A stretch of DNA of 64,000 nucleotides from Eledone cirrhosa (GCA_964016885.1 CAXHJY010000736.1:62001-126000); one strand, 5' to 3'. Positions 14,981-29,105 are shown, counted from the stretch's first letter. The notes: a model not told the origin generated them from the sequence alone. Numbers and translations are program-made.

Positions 14981-17407
14981 GTCCATTTAGCTTGGGTTGG
15001 AATTTATCAATAAAATTATTTTCTTTGATTTTTCTCTTGATTTCACTTGGACTGTGTAATTTGTAGAATGGAAATATAAATATTCTCTGACCACATGTTG
15101 CTAGATGGTTACTCAGGGGTATCTGACGGACATTTGGGTCTCTGATTTGCTATCGGTGCACCCGTGCACGTTCCGATAGTGCATTTCCAGTTTGACCGAC
15201 ATATAGTTCTTCACAATTCGGGCATTTAATGCAGTAAATTAGATTTATGCTTTTGCAGTTCATATTTGCATTTGGGAATATTTTTCCAGTTTTTGTGTTC
15301 ATATATTGACCGGTGTGTATGGATTGACATGTGCCGCATCGACTATCATTGCATTTAGATATAGTGAATGATTTGTCTTTGTTGTTAAGGTCAAACTTTG
15401 CTTTTGTTAGTAATTGCTTCAAATTTTTCGGCTGTCTTTTACTAAGATTCAAAGCTCGGTCTGTGATTAAGCCTTTTAATTCATTACTTTGAGCAATGAT
15501 CGGTAGGTTTGCTTTGGCAGTGTTGAAGATATTCTGGTGACATGGGTTGTGTGTCATTATAAATGGTATGACCAGTTCTTGGTTTTTTTCTTCCTTGGGT
15601 TGTCCTAAGTTGTTGTATAGGTATTTTTATAGCCCGCTGTATGCCATTTTCTATAAGTAGAGATGGGTAGTTTTGTTTGAGCAAAAATTCTCTTAGTTCT
15701 GTTAGGCGTTTGTTCCTGGTATTCGTATCTTCTAAAATGGTACAAATTCTTCTGGCTAGGCAGTATGGGATGTTGCGTTTTGTATGAGGTGGATGGCACG
15801 ACTTAAAATTCAGATATTGATGGGTGTCTGTGTGTTTATAATATATATCCGTGGTAATGGTGGTGTCGTTTTTGATTACCATTATATCTAGGAATCGTAA
15901 TTTGGTAATACTCATCTCTTTTGTGAATTGGAGAGATGGGTGTAGGTTATTCAGGAAGATATTGAACTCATCCAGAGTACCTAGAGATTCTGTCCAGATG
16001 TTGAAACAGTCATCAAGGTATCTCTTCCAAGATTTTTCAATGTACTTTCTAAAGTCAGTGCTATATTTTTCCTCTATTTCTTGGTAGAGTTGTTGTTCTA
16101 AGTATCCCATTACAGAGTTCGTGTAAACGGGAGCAAACTTCGTTCCCATCACTGTGCCTCTAATTTGGATGTAATTCTTTCCATTGAAGAAGAAAGTGTT
16201 GTTTTCCAGAATAAGTTTGACTGCGTCTAATATAAATGGTGCTGTGAATCTGGTGGGAATCACTTCTCTATGTTTTTCCACCCAGTATTTAACCGCCTTT
16301 ATTCCTAAATCATGTGCAATGTTGGTGTAAAGGCTTACCACATCAAAACTAAGTAGAAGTGAATTCGTTTCCGTGGTTTTGGGAAGATGGGACAGGAAGT
16401 CGATATCATCCCGGATGAAACTGGGTATGTGAATATATAGTGGTTTCAAAATAATGTCAACAAAATTGCTTAGACGGTGGGTAGGGCATGTTGGACCAGC
16501 TATAATAGGTCTAAGTTTTAAGTCTTTTGGGTGTAGTAATTTAATGTACTCACTGTTTTGTTCTTTTACTGCCAGTTGGATTTCTTTTGACTTATGAACT
16601 TTCGGTAGGCCATACAGGTTGCTGGGTTTCGGCTCAAAATTGGTGATGTAGTCTCTTTCCTTATCAGTAAGTGAGTTGTGGTATTTTGAAGCCAGGTTGT
16701 TGATCTTCTTCATGATGTTGTGGTCTATATTTGACGGTATTTCATGATAGAATGTTGTGTCTTTCAGTTGTTCCTCAACCAAATCTTTGTAGTATTCAGC
16801 ATCCATTATAAAAATTGCACCCCCTTTATCTGCTTGTTTAATTATTATTGTTTTATCATTTTGTATACATTTCAGTGCAGACATTTCTGATTTGTTAATG
16901 TTTGGCCTAACATTAGTATTACGTCTAAGAGGAAATTTAGACAGGATGTCAATGTATTGGTTGAGATAGATATTTCTTCCTTTTGGCGGAGTGAAATTTG
17001 ATTTATTCTTTACTAGTGATTCATCACTCTCATTACTTTTATCAGCAAAGAATTCTACAAGTCGTAATTTTTAACAGAATTCTTGGGTATCCTCCTTCAG
17101 TTCTTGGTGGTTGACTGTTGGAGTCGGTGTGAATTTCAGTCTTTTTGACAGGATTTGCATTTCATCATTGGCAAGATCTCTTTTGGATAAATTAATTATT
17201 TTAGGATCTATGTGTACAGTTGTTTTGGGTATGTTTCCTCCTGGAGTTTTTCTTTTTCCGGTTTTTGTTGTCCTGACGTTAAAAAATAGATTTTTCTCTG
17301 TCCAGGATTTATATTCCTGTTGGTGTTTGTTTGATGAACTTTTGGTCGTGATATTATATTTGGTTTTGTTATGTTTTTTGTCCGATTTTTGGTATTTCCA
17401 TTATATA

Positions 17408-17456
<49 letters not shown>

Positions 17457-17480
17457 GTATGTATATATATATATATGTAT

Positions 17481-17518
<38 letters not shown>

Positions 17519-17569
17519 GTATATGTATATGTATATGTATGTATATGTATATATATGTATGAATATGTA

Positions 17570-17910
17570 GGCACATGGCGTAGTGATTAGAGCATTGGCC
17601 TTGCAATCGAAAGGTTGTAAGTTCAATTCTCAGACCGGGTGATGTGTTGTTTCCTTGAGCAAGACACTTTATTTCACATTGCTCCAGTTTACTCAGCTGT
17701 AGAAATGAGATGATAGACTGGAGTCCCTATCATTCCACTGCAAAGTGGTCGTGGAGGTGCCACGGCAAAAAAGCACCCAGCACTCACTGTAAATGAGGTT
17801 GGTGTTAGGAAGGGCATCCAGCTGTAGAAATCAAGCCAGAATCAGTTCCCGTCCCACCCTTGCAAGCCGGGAAAAGCGGACGTAAAATGATGATGATGAT
17901 GATGATGATG
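17570..17910 (+). mobile_element. tRNA-derived SINE with V-domain-like body and RTE-type tail
   Basis: A box tggcgtagtgatt, B box gttcaattc, aggaagggcatccagctgta, tail cccacccttgcaagc..aaaagcggacgtaaaa(tga)n shared with the LINE end at 23208-23260. Confidence 0.85.
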
Positions 17911-17933
17911 TATATATATGTATATGTATATAT

Positions 17934-17965
<32 letters not shown>

Positions 17966-17987
17966 GTATATACATATATATATATAT

Positions 17988-19568
17988 ATCATCATCATCA
18001 TCATCAACGTTTAACGTCCGTGTTCCACGCTTGCATGGGTTTGGACGGGGGTTTTCCCACTTGAGGCAAGAGTGATTGTCTTGCTCGCATAGGACTGTCT
18101 GGCAGGTTTTCTACAGTTGGATGCCCTTCCTAACACCAACCACATTTACAGTGTGGGTCTGGGAGGTTTTTACCGTGTTGCCTACACGGTCACATTACAG
18201 CGTGGACTGTGTGTTTTTTTGTCGTGACACCTACACGATCTCATTTGTTTCGGCTTGGATGGTGTGGCACCAACATAACTTTACATAGAAGGGGGCGGTG
18301 TATTTTGTTAGAGATGCCTACTGACTGTAGTAGGTTTTACTTTGTATTTAGGTAAGGCGGGTCTTCTCTATTACTGAGTACCGCCAAAGGTCTCGGTCCA
18401 GTGACATTGTCTTGGTGAGGTGTAAGTGTGTGAGGTCGGAGTTTATCAGCTCGTCCCAGGTTTTTCTGGGTCTGCCTATTCCGTGGCTACCGTCTATCTT
18501 TATTGCCCTGCACTTTGTTATACAGCTATCGTCCTTCATGCGCATCACGTGACCATACCAACGTAGCCTTCTCTCTAGTAAACAACATCTGATCCCTCTT
18601 ATTTCTAATTTTTTCCTTAGTTCGTTTATGCTTTGTCGTTCACGTATATTACTATTACACATCCAGCGGAGCATGCAAGCTTCGTTTCTCTCTAGTCTGC
18701 GTATATCCTCTGCACACAATGCCCAGGTCTCACTGCCATGCAACATTGCTGTTCGTATGCAGGCATCGTACAGCCTGCCTTTCATTTTTAGGGAGAACCC
18801 TTTAGCGGCTAATAGTGGTATAAGCTCTCTGAACTTTTTCCACCCAGTTCTGACTCTAGCTACTGTACTTTCAGAGCACCCTCCCCCACTGCTGATTTTG
18901 TCACCCAGGTAACGGAAGCTGTCCACTATTTCTATAGAACCCTCTGCGCAATTGAAAGAGCTAGTATTTTGTGGGCACTTGCTGCTACTTATTTCCCCAG
19001 AACACCGGCCACATGTAAAATCTATGTTCTTAGTTAGCTTACCTGTGATCCCACTACATCTTTTATGCACCCAAACTTTGCATTTGGGACACAAAATGGA
19101 ATTTCTACCTACGCCTTTCCTACACTCTGCGCATGGCCACTTCCCGGAGGGGACCGCCGCCTTATTTTCTTTCTTAAAAACTAGAACTTTAGTCTTAGCC
19201 AGGTTAATTTTAAGGCCTTTTGATTCTAGGCCGTGCTTCCATGTTTGGAATTTCTTCTGTAGCTCGGCCATTGATTCAGCTATGAGCGTTAGATCATCTG
19301 CATATAGGAGTTCCCATGGGCAGCCGGTCTTGAACTCCACTGTTATAGCCTGGAGGGCAATAATAAATAGTAGGGGGCTAAGAACAGAGCCCTGATGAAC
19401 ACCAACTTTTACACTAAACTCTTCACTATATTCGTTGTTAATTCTAACCTTGCTGACTGTTTCTTTATACATGGCTTGTATAGCTCTCACAAGCCATTCA
19501 TCAACACCTAGTTTTCTAAGAGCCCACCAGATAATGGAACGGGGGACTCTGTCGACGAAAGCTAAGTA
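17988..19568 (-). mobile_element. RTE-type LINE 3' fragment with PHD finger
   Basis: [39 protein letters not shown]; 3' module ending in (tga)n. Confidence 0.9.
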
Positions 19569-19749
19569 TGTATATATATACATATATATATATGTATATA
19601 TATATATATGTATATACATATATATATATATATGTATATATATACATATATATATATATATATTTATATATATGTATATATATATATTTATATATATACA
19701 TATATATATGTATATATATATATATTTATATATATACATATATATATGT

Positions 19750-19795
<46 letters not shown>

Positions 19796-20059
19796 GTATA
19801 TATATATATTTATATGTATACATATATATATGTATATATATATATTTATATATATACGTATATATATGTATATATATATATATGTATATATATGTATATA
19901 TATATATGTATATATATGTATATATATATATGTATATATATATATATGTATATATATGTATATATATGTATATATATGTATATGTATAATAATATATATT
20001 TTTTTTGTTTTGTTATGACCATGCTGTAAAATGGAGGGGTAGAGAGAGCCCATGAGTCC

Positions 20060-23000
20060 AGTAAGACATCCTTTAGAGTGCTGGTGGCACAAATAAAAGC
20101 ACCCAGTCCATGATGTAAAGTAGCACTGGGGTTAGGAAGGGCATCCGACCAGTGTATCAATGCCAAAACAATTATGAGCACAACAAGTATATAGGAACAA
20201 CAAAATATGAAGACGTCGCATCTCAGAGTTGCAACACTTAATGTTAGCACTCTCAGAGGTAGATCTGGTGAAATAGTGGAGATGCTGGAGAGAAGGCATG
20301 TGGATGTGCGCTGCATGCAAGAGCTGAGATGGAGAGGTGCCTCTGCGAGACTAGTCGCAGGAAAACATCTTAGCTATATGCTTTTCTGGGGAGGTAAGTA
20401 TGATGGTTTAGGGGGAGTAGGCATTTTCGTAGCTGAGAGATGGATCAATAAGACAATAGAGGTAGTTCGAGTTAATAATCGAATAATTAAGCTTAGATTA
20501 GTTGTAGGCAGGAGACTACTAACAATCATCTCTGCCTATGCTCCCCAAGCAGGCCTAGGCAAAGAAGAGAAAGACTGCTTTTACGAGCAACTTTTACAAA
20601 CAACCGCAATGACAAAGGACGGAGACATTGTTATGCTAGCAGGGGACTTCAATGGTCATGTTGGACAGCTCTAGGATGGTTACACTGGGGTACATGATGG
20701 GCACGGTTATGGCTCAAGAAATGATGAAGGAGTGAGACTTCTTGAATTTTGTGATGCAAGTACACGGACTATTTGCAACACTAACTTCCAGAAACCTGCC
20801 AACCACCTAATAACCTACAAATTAGGCAAGCACATAAGCTAGATTGTCTTCTTACTAGTTAGGCAGTGGAACAGGCAGATGGTGTCAAATACCAAGGCAT
20901 ACCCTGAGGAAGAATGTACCCCCACAGCATAGGTTAGTCGTTAGTGATATCTCAGTAAGCAAGAGATGGAATGAGACATACAGGAAGGTGTGGAGAAGAA
21001 AGGACTGGAAGCTAAAAGACCTTTCACTAAAATACAAATTTAGGAAAGCCCTTCAAGTTGTGTATGACAAAAAAGAAGACGATTTAGAGTCGTATGACAT
21101 AGATAATAACTGGAATTTCTTACGTGACAACTTACTGCAGGCTACTGATGAAATTTGTGGCTGGAGCAGAGAGTGACCTGGTGGTGGAACAGCACAGTAG
21201 ATAAGGCCATTAGAGACAAAATACTAGCATGGAAGGCTTGGAAAAGGGGTGGGAGTAGAGAAGGATATACAGCCACTAAGAGAGAAGCTAGATGTCAGGT
21301 GTACTTAGCATGCAGAGAGGCTGAGAGTAGGAGGTTTGCCAATGTTCTACGACGGGAAGATCAGAGGTGTGCAGTGTTCCACATTGCAAATCAGGATGTT
21401 GTTGGAGATAAATGTATCCGGAATGATGCCGGTGTACTTAGTGTGATCAGAAAAAGGAGGCCTGGAAATGTCATTATGAGAGACTGATGAATGTGGAGAA
21501 CGAATGGGAGAGAGAGAAATTACCCTTAGTAGATCCGACAGAGGGACCAGCTATTAAGATTGACGAATATAGGGTCCAAGAGGTGATTAAGGAAATGAAA
21601 AAGGGTAAGGCTGCTGGACCGTCGGGAATAGTTGCTGAGATGCTGAAGGCATCAGGGGACATAGGCACTAAACTGGTTGCACTCATCATCAATCAGGCTA
21701 TATATGCAGTGGCATACCCAAAGACTGGTGCAGCAGTATTCTCATAAATTGCTACAAAGGTAAAGGGGATGCTCTGGAGAGGAGCAATTATAGGGGTATA
21801 AAACTAATGGATCAGGTTATGAAAGTGGCAGAAAGGATATTAGCACAACTAATTAGAGAAAGGGTCAAACCAGATGAGATGCAGTTTGGTTTTGTGTCTG
21901 GGAAAAGTACAACAGATGCCCTCTTCTTGGTGAGACAATTACAAGAGAGGTTCTTAGAGAAGAATAAGCCACTATACTTAGCCTTTGTTTACCTAGAGAA
22001 GGCCTTTGATAGGGTACCCCGATCTGTCATCTGGTGGTCCCTAAGGAAACTAGGTGTTGAGGACAGTGCTGAAACTAGCTTGTGAGGACAGTGCAAACTC
22101 TGTACAGAGGTGCTGTCAGTAAAGTCAGGGTAGGAATGGAGTTTAGTGAGGAATTCCAGATACAAGTAGGAGTACATCAGGATTCGGTCCTCAGCCTGCT
22201 CTTGTTCATTATAGTCCTCCAAGCCATAACAGAGGAGTTTAAGACTGGCTGTCCATGGGAACTTCTCTATGATGACGATCTGGTTCTTATAACAGTACCA
22301 GTAGGAGAGCTAGAGAATAAATTCTGGCTATGGAAACAGCAGTTGGAAGCAAGTGGACTGACAGTGAACCTAGCTAAGACAAAAGTGTTGATGAGTAGAA
22401 AAGAGGACAAAACTCTGATTCCGTCCGGGAAATGGCCATGTTCGATATGCAGAAAAGGAACTGGGATAAATTCTATAAAATGCACACAATGCAGATCCTG
22501 GGTACACAAGAGATGTAGTGGGATAGCAGGCAAACTAATAGGTAGGGAGAAATAAGTATGAGTAGATGTACTGAGAAATTAGACAGTAGAAGTTGCATTG
22601 ATAGATACATTTTTCAAATGCAGGCAGGTGCTATAGAAGTGTTGGATAGCTTCCGGTACGTAGGAGATCAGATTAGCATTGGAGGGGTGTGTTCCGAGGC
22701 CATAGTATCTAGAATAAGGACGGGTTGGAAGAAGTTTATGGAGCTGCTTCCTCTGCTGACGAAGAGCGTTTCTCCCTGCAACGAAAGGCCGGTTATATGA
22801 TGCCTTTGTGAGGAGCGCGATGCTGCATGGTAGTGAGACATGGGCAGAAACTTCAGAGGATATGCGATGGCTGGAGAGAAATGAGGCAAGCATGCTCCAT
22901 TGGATGTGCATTGTCAATGTGCGTGAACGACCTAGCATTGATGTGTTGAGAGAGAAACTGTGTCTGAGAGGGATAGAATGTAGTGTGCGAGAGAGGAGAC

Positions 23001-23262
23001 TGCGGTGGTATGGACATGTGATGTGCATGGAGGATGACTGATGGGTGAAGAAGTGCCAGGAAATGCCAGTTGAAGGAAAACGTGGTAGAGGTAGACCACA
23101 AAAAACATGGGCGGAGGTGGTGAGAACAGACCTCAGATCGCTGAAGCTCATGGTGGAAATGACGAAGGACCGTGACAAGTGGAGAGATGCTGTGCTGAAT
23201 AAGACCCGTCCCACCCTTGCAAGCAGGGAAAAGCGGACGTAAAATGATGATGATGATGATAA
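20060..23262 (+). mobile_element. Near full-length decayed RTE-type LINE (APE-RT-PHD)
   Basis: TLNVSTL, MQELRW, ISAYAPQ, AGDFNGHVG; RT motifs over several frames; ends ...KRT* followed by (tga)n. Confidence 0.92.
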
Positions 23263-23264
23263 TG

Positions 23265-23284
<20 letters not shown>

Positions 23285-23298
<14 letters not shown>

Positions 23299-23740
23299 CA
23301 TCATCATCAGCGTTTCACGTCTGTTTTACGTCCGTTCTTCAATGCTAGCATGGGTTAGACAAGTTATCCTCTTGTGGGCAGTGTCCAGTCGGCTGACCTT
23401 GTCTTACTCAAGCGGGAACTGATTCTGGCTTGATTTCTACAGCTGGATGCCCTTCCTAACACCAACCTCATTTACAGTGAGTGGTGGGTGCTTTTTTTTT
23501 CCCCGGCACCTACACGTCCACTTTACAGTGTGGGCTTTGTGCTTTTTTGCCGTGGCACCTCCATGACCACATTGCAGTGGAATGATATGGACACAGTCCA
23601 ATCATCTCATTTCTACAGCTGAGTAAACTGGAGCAATGTGAAATAAAGTGTCTTGCTCAAGGAAACATCACCCAGTCCGAGAATTGAACTCACAACCTTT
23701 TGATTGCAAGCCCAATGCTCTAACCACTAAGCCATGTGCC
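23285..23740 (-). mobile_element. tRNA-derived SINE, same family as 17570
   Basis: Reverse complement of the 17570 head and body, with an internal duplication. Confidence 0.85.
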
Positions 23741-23864
23741 TACATACATACATACATACATGCATGCATGCATGCATGCATGCATGCATGCATGCATGCA
23801 TACATACATACATACATACATACATGATGGCTGCCCCCTCGTTATCGAGTATGGCCATTGCACA

Positions 23865-23946
<82 letters not shown>

Positions 23947-24057
23947 TAATAATAATAATAAGAAGAAGAATAATAATAGCAATAATAATAATAACGACAA
24001 CAACAATAATAATATACATATTCATATATATATACACACACACGCACGCACATAAGC

Positions 24058-24095
<38 letters not shown>

Positions 24096-27000
24096 GATAG
24101 CAACTAACAGTGCTGCGATCGAATGTGGCTTTTTAGCCCAGCCAATGATCCAAAATGTCTTGCACAGAGTCGGCAACCAAAACATTTACTGGGAATAGTC
24201 GGCTGTGGTTGGAGTTCGTGTACTTTTGCATGTCGCTTGAGTCCTCCTGCTGATTTACATTCTCTACCACATGTTTGGCAAGCATGATGAGTAGCATCTC
24301 CAACAGCAGCCTGGTAGTCAACCACTGGTCTTACTTTATGACTGCGAAGATGACTTTCGAGTCCAGCTTTGCTTAGGCAGAGTCTCGCACAGACGCTGCA
24401 TGTCAGAAACATAGGAGGACCCTCGCCGTCTGGAAGTGCAACAGCAATACCCTTCCTCACGTCCCGCTTTACTTTCTCGTGTGCGATTCGAGATGCCTCA
24501 AAGGCAACTTTTCCCTCATATACAGTCTTTCTCCATTTATTACGATCAGCAGCAATATTTTCCCATGTATCAGCAGAGATGTTAGCGTCTTTCAGAGAGG
24601 CCTTCAAGGAATCCTTATACCTCTTTTTTGGTTTATGTGGCGGTCGTTTTCCTTTAACCAACTCTCCATAGAAGAGTTGTTTTGGTATTCTAGAATCCTT
24701 CATCCTGGCAAGGTGACCACTCCAACGGAGTCGCTGCTTAAGCACAAGAGCTTCTATACTGTCACACATAGAGCTTTCCAAAATCTCGACATCACTGATG
24801 TGGTCCCTCCAGCGAACGCCATGTATCCGTCTGAGACACATCTGATGGAAACGCTCCAATTGCTTAAGGTGGCGTCGATATGTGACCCAGGTCTCGCAGG
24901 CATAAAGAAGACAAGAGAGTACACATGCCCTGTACACCCTTACCTTTGTCCTCCTGCATATGTCTCGCCGACCCCAGAGTCGCCTTTCTAGCTTTCCGAA
25001 AGCATCACTTGCTTTCCTAATCCTAAGTGAGATTTCACTGTCAAGGTTGCCGTATCGATTGACAGTGCTTCCCAGGTAGACAAACTGATCAACCACTCCA
25101 AGTCGTTTGCCATACACATAGATGTTTGGTTCAGTGTACTGCCCACCAGGTGCAGGTTGGTACATGACGACGGTTTTCTTGAGACTGACAGTCAAACCCA
25201 GGGCAGTGCAAGCGTCAGAAAATACATTCAAAATGTGCTGCACATCACTCTCTGTGTGCGCTACAAGATCGCAATCATCTGCATACAAGAGGTCTCTTAT
25301 GACTGATGTAAATACTTTTGTCTTCGCAGCAAAGCGCCTGATGTTAAATATGCTGCCTGAGGTTCGATATCGGATGTAAACACCATGCTCGCAATTCCTG
25401 AATGCAACACAGAAAACCATTGCAAAGTATATGGCAAACAGGGTCGGTGCTGGAATATCCCCCTGTTTCACTCCATTTTTTACTGAGATAGGCTCCGACA
25501 TGTTACCTCCGACATTAACCCAAGCCTTCATGTCGTCATGGAAAGACCTAACTAAAGCAAGGAACTTATCAGGGCAACCAAGTTTCTGGAGAACCTTCCA
25601 TAATGCATCTCTGTTGACAGTATCGAAAGCCTTTGTCAGATCGATAAAAACCTGATACAGATCCAAGCCCTGTTCAATGCACTTCTCCTGGAGCTGTCTA
25701 GCTGAGAAGATCATATCAGTAGTGCCGCGTCCAACACGAAAACCAGATTGACTTTCAGGAAGGACACAATCTGCAATGTGTGTCAGCAGACGGTCCAGAA
25801 GCACCCTACATAAAACTTTCCCCACGACAGAAAGCAATGATATACCTCTGTAGTTCCCACAATCATTCCTGTTACCCTTTCCCTTGTACAAGACCACCAT
25901 TACTGCATCTCTCCAGTCCTCAGGCACGGATTCATTAGCCCATATCCTTCCAAACAGAGAGTGAAGATGTTGCAGGAGTCTCTCACCACCATATTGTAGG
26001 AGCTCAGCATGTATGCCATCCATACCTGGAGATCTTCCACTGTTCAGCTTCGAAATAGCCACTGCAACCTCCACAAGTGTCGGAGGCTCTGCGAGAGCTA
26101 CTTTCACAGGACTTTCCGGAATGAGATTGAGGAAATCTTCACTGACGACAGACGGCTGATTCAAAAGATCATCAAAGTGCTCCCGCCACCTTCGTAGAAT
26201 TCCCTGTGAGTCACGAAGAAGTTCTTTGCCATCCCTGCTGCGAATCGGTGTCACCAGAGAAGAAGACGGTCCATAAACCTCACGCAAGAGACTGTACAAC
26301 AGCTTTGTGTTATTGCAATCAGACGCAGTTTGTATCTCACCAGCCTTCTCACTCCACCACTGATCCTTCATCTGAGAAAGACTCCGCCTAACACGTGATT
26401 TTACATCCCTGAGCTCCTCATGCAACGTATTCCTCTCCTGTGGTCTTGCCGTCAAGTAGCGTGACAGAGCGCGCCTCTTATCAGCCAACAAGTCATCTAT
26501 ATGCACATCTTTCTCATTAAACCAGTCCTGATGTTTTCTCTGCACCAATCCCAGAACACGTCTGCCTACATCATAAACCGACTTTTTAAGGGTCGGCCAA
26601 TCCTCACCAAGATCTGCAGCCTGCATCTCTTCTTCCAATGTCCTCTTCACATTTTTATCCTTAAGACGAGCAGCATTCAATCTTTTGGGCAGGGTAACAC
26701 CAGGAGCCCGGATTTTACGTTTGGTGATTAGATTCACTTTTGCGCGTACCAGGCGGTGGTCCGTCCAGCACTCAGCTCCACGAAGAACACGAACACACCG
26801 CACATCCTGTCTGTCACGCATCCTGACTAGGACGTAGTCCAAAAGATGCCATTCCTTAGATGCAGGATGCATCCATGTGGTCTTGAATTTGTTCTTTTGT
26901 TGGAACATGGTGTTGGTAACACACAGATCCAGCTCCTCACACATCTGCAGCAAGAGCATACCATTGCTGTTACACTTTCCCACCCCATGCCTTCCGATTA

Positions 27001-27658
27001 CATTCCATGTGTTAAAATCCCTACCCACTCTAGCATTAAAGTCACCAAGCACGATGACTTTGTCTGCCTGAGGGATATTTCTTAAAACACCTTTCAAGGC
27101 ATGGTAAAAGGACAGTTTTTCTTCATCGACAGAATTCATAGTTGGAGCATACACACTCACCAGGGTAGCATATCTTCCCTTGTCCAGCGGAACTCTCATG
27201 GACATAAGACGCTCACTAATCCCCACTGGGAATTCTTCCAATTTATTCACCAGTGCAGTCTTAACAGCAAATCCTACCCCAGCCTCTCTTCTGGTTCCTT
27301 CATCTCTTCCTTTCCAGAAGAATGTATATTCTCCACAAAATTCCGTAAGATGACCATCTCCAGCTAACCTCGTCTCAGACAAAGCCACGATGTCAAGATC
27401 GTAACGTCGAAGCTCCTTCGCAACAAGAGCGGTCCTTCGTTCAGGACGCTCCAAAGAATCCCTGTCAAGCAGCGTCCGTACGTTCCAGCAGCCAAGACTA
27501 AATGCCCTGTTTGGCTCTATTACAATGGCACGATGACGGGCGGGCCCAGGTTGTGATAACTTGGGGCCCCTGCCCTTATTGCCAATGATCCTTTTTGTTC
27601 CAGAACCCAAATTGGCAATTATCTCGTTTACATTGTTCTGGAACATCATTGAATTGGG

Positions 27659-27698
<40 letters not shown>

Positions 27699-27703
27699 TA
27701 ATA

Positions 27704-27738
<35 letters not shown>

Positions 27739-28041
27739 ACACTATTAATAATTATTAATGCACTCGTGCAATGCCTGTGCGTGACGAATATTTTTAAAGT
27801 GAGGAAAGACTGTGCACTGAACCAATCCCACTCTCTGAGCGACAGTAGCTATAACCCGAAAAGAAGAAAAGATCAACATCATCGGTAACTACTGAGCCGC
27901 AGGTTTTATATCGGAGTTAACCCAGTTTCCTGAGATGCCTTCTCCTAGAAGAATACCCTGACATGGGCTAGGGGTTCTTCACTCCCAGTGGTTTAACTGC
28001 GCGATCGGGCATCCAGCCCGATTATTTCTATGTCCCCGCGC

Positions 28042-28043
<2 letters not shown>
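23741..28043 (-). mobile_element. RTE LINE including UTRs and (ATGT)n tail
   Basis: 5'UTR 27650-28043 and 3'UTR 23825-24103, both interrupted by microsatellites; tail abuts the SINE head at 23740. Confidence 0.85.
24104..27649 (-). CDS. Intact RTE-clade ORF: AP endonuclease, reverse transcriptase, three C-terminal C2H2 zinc fingers
   Basis: WNVRTL, ALSETRL, VYAPT, LGDFNARVG, LDYVL, TDHRLV; NYRGISLL, QSGFR, FIDLTKAFD, GVKQG, LYADD; CxxC-12-HxxxH type motif three times; 1181 codons without a stop (true start uncertain). Confidence 0.93.
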   Translation of the reverse strand: MMFQNNVNEIIANLGSGTKRIIGNKGRGPKLSQPGPARHRAIVIEPNRAFSLGCWNVRTLLDRDSLERPERRTALVAKELRRYDLDIVALSETRLAGDGHLTEFCGEYTFFWKGRDEGTRREAGVGFAVKTALVNKLEEFPVGISERLMSMRVPLDKGRYATLVSVYAPTMNSVDEEKLSFYHALKGVLRNIPQADKVIVLGDFNARVGRDFNTWNVIGRHGVGKCNSNGMLLLQMCEELDLCVTNTMFQQKNKFKTTWMHPASKEWHLLDYVLVRMRDRQDVRCVRVLRGAECWTDHRLVRAKVNLITKRKIRAPGVTLPKRLNAARLKDKNVKRTLEEEMQAADLGEDWPTLKKSVYDVGRRVLGLVQRKHQDWFNEKDVHIDDLLADKRRALSRYLTARPQERNTLHEELRDVKSRVRRSLSQMKDQWWSEKAGEIQTASDCNNTKLLYSLLREVYGPSSSLVTPIRSRDGKELLRDSQGILRRWREHFDDLLNQPSVVSEDFLNLIPESPVKVALAEPPTLVEVAVAISKLNSGRSPGMDGIHAELLQYGGERLLQHLHSLFGRIWANESVPEDWRDAVMVVLYKGKGNRNDCGNYRGISLLSVVGKVLCRVLLDRLLTHIADCVLPESQSGFRVGRGTTDMIFSARQLQEKCIEQGLDLYQVFIDLTKAFDTVNRDALWKVLQKLGCPDKFLALVRSFHDDMKAWVNVGGNMSEPISVKNGVKQGDIPAPTLFAIYFAMVFCVAFRNCEHGVYIRYRTSGSIFNIRRFAAKTKVFTSVIRDLLYADDCDLVAHTESDVQHILNVFSDACTALGLTVSLKKTVVMYQPAPGGQYTEPNIYVYGKRLGVVDQFVYLGSTVNRYGNLDSEISLRIRKASDAFGKLERRLWGRRDICRRTKVRVYRACVLSCLLYACETWVTYRRHLKQLERFHQMCLRRIHGVRWRDHISDVEILESSMCDSIEALVLKQRLRWSGHLARMKDSRIPKQLFYGELVKGKRPPHKPKKRYKDSLKASLKDANISADTWENIAADRNKWRKTVYEGKVAFEASRIAHEKVKRDVRKGIAVALPDGEGPPMFLTCSVCARLCLSKAGLESHLRSHKVRPVVDYQAAVGDATHHACQTCGRECKSAGGLKRHAKVHELQPQPTIPSKCFGCRLCARHFGSLAGLKSHIRSQHC

Positions 28044-28077
<34 letters not shown>

Positions 28078-28619
28078 ACTTATTGACACTTATACGTACG
28101 ACATACACACACACGCATACATATGCGTGCACACAGCAACACTCACACACACAACAAACACACACACACGCTACTCTACTCACTTACACGCACACACACA
28201 CATATATATATATATATTACCGTCATTACTGATACAAGATTACCAGATTATGTCAACTGTTGACTTTCAAGAGTTTGTATAGTTGAAGCCGATCGTATTA
28301 CAGTCCAGTATTACTATAATTGCTTTACAGCATAGAGTTATGGCTCTCCACGGAGTCAACAAAAGAGAGTACCAGTGATGCGCTGGCCAGTCGCTGGATC
28401 CGTGCCAAAAGCAGAAAAATTATTATTAAAGTTGTTCTTAAGGCCAGGTCGCTGGTGATGGTGATGGCGACGGCGGTGGCGGTGGTGGTGGTGGTGGCAG
28501 TTGATGTTGTTGTTCTGTTGTGTGTGTGTGTGTGTGTGTGTGTTTTGTTATTTTGAGTTTTTATACATACATACATACATACATACATACATACATACAT
28601 ACATACATACATACATTCA

Positions 28620-29105
<486 letters not shown>

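Larger units (their letters stand above)
14220..17400 (-). mobile_element. Penelope-like element (Neptune-like), 5'-truncated and disrupted
   Basis: RT 15484-16884 (LYGLPKVHK, FDVVSLYTNI, GTVMGTKFAP, RYLDD), frameshift to Cys linker CNDSRCGTC and GIY-YIG (LIYCIKC..LYVGQT); HHR in 3' region. Confidence 0.9.

Noticed and set aside
17570-17640. tRNA gene
   Set aside because: The tRNA-like head continues into a SINE body and LINE-derived tail; no clean acceptor stem
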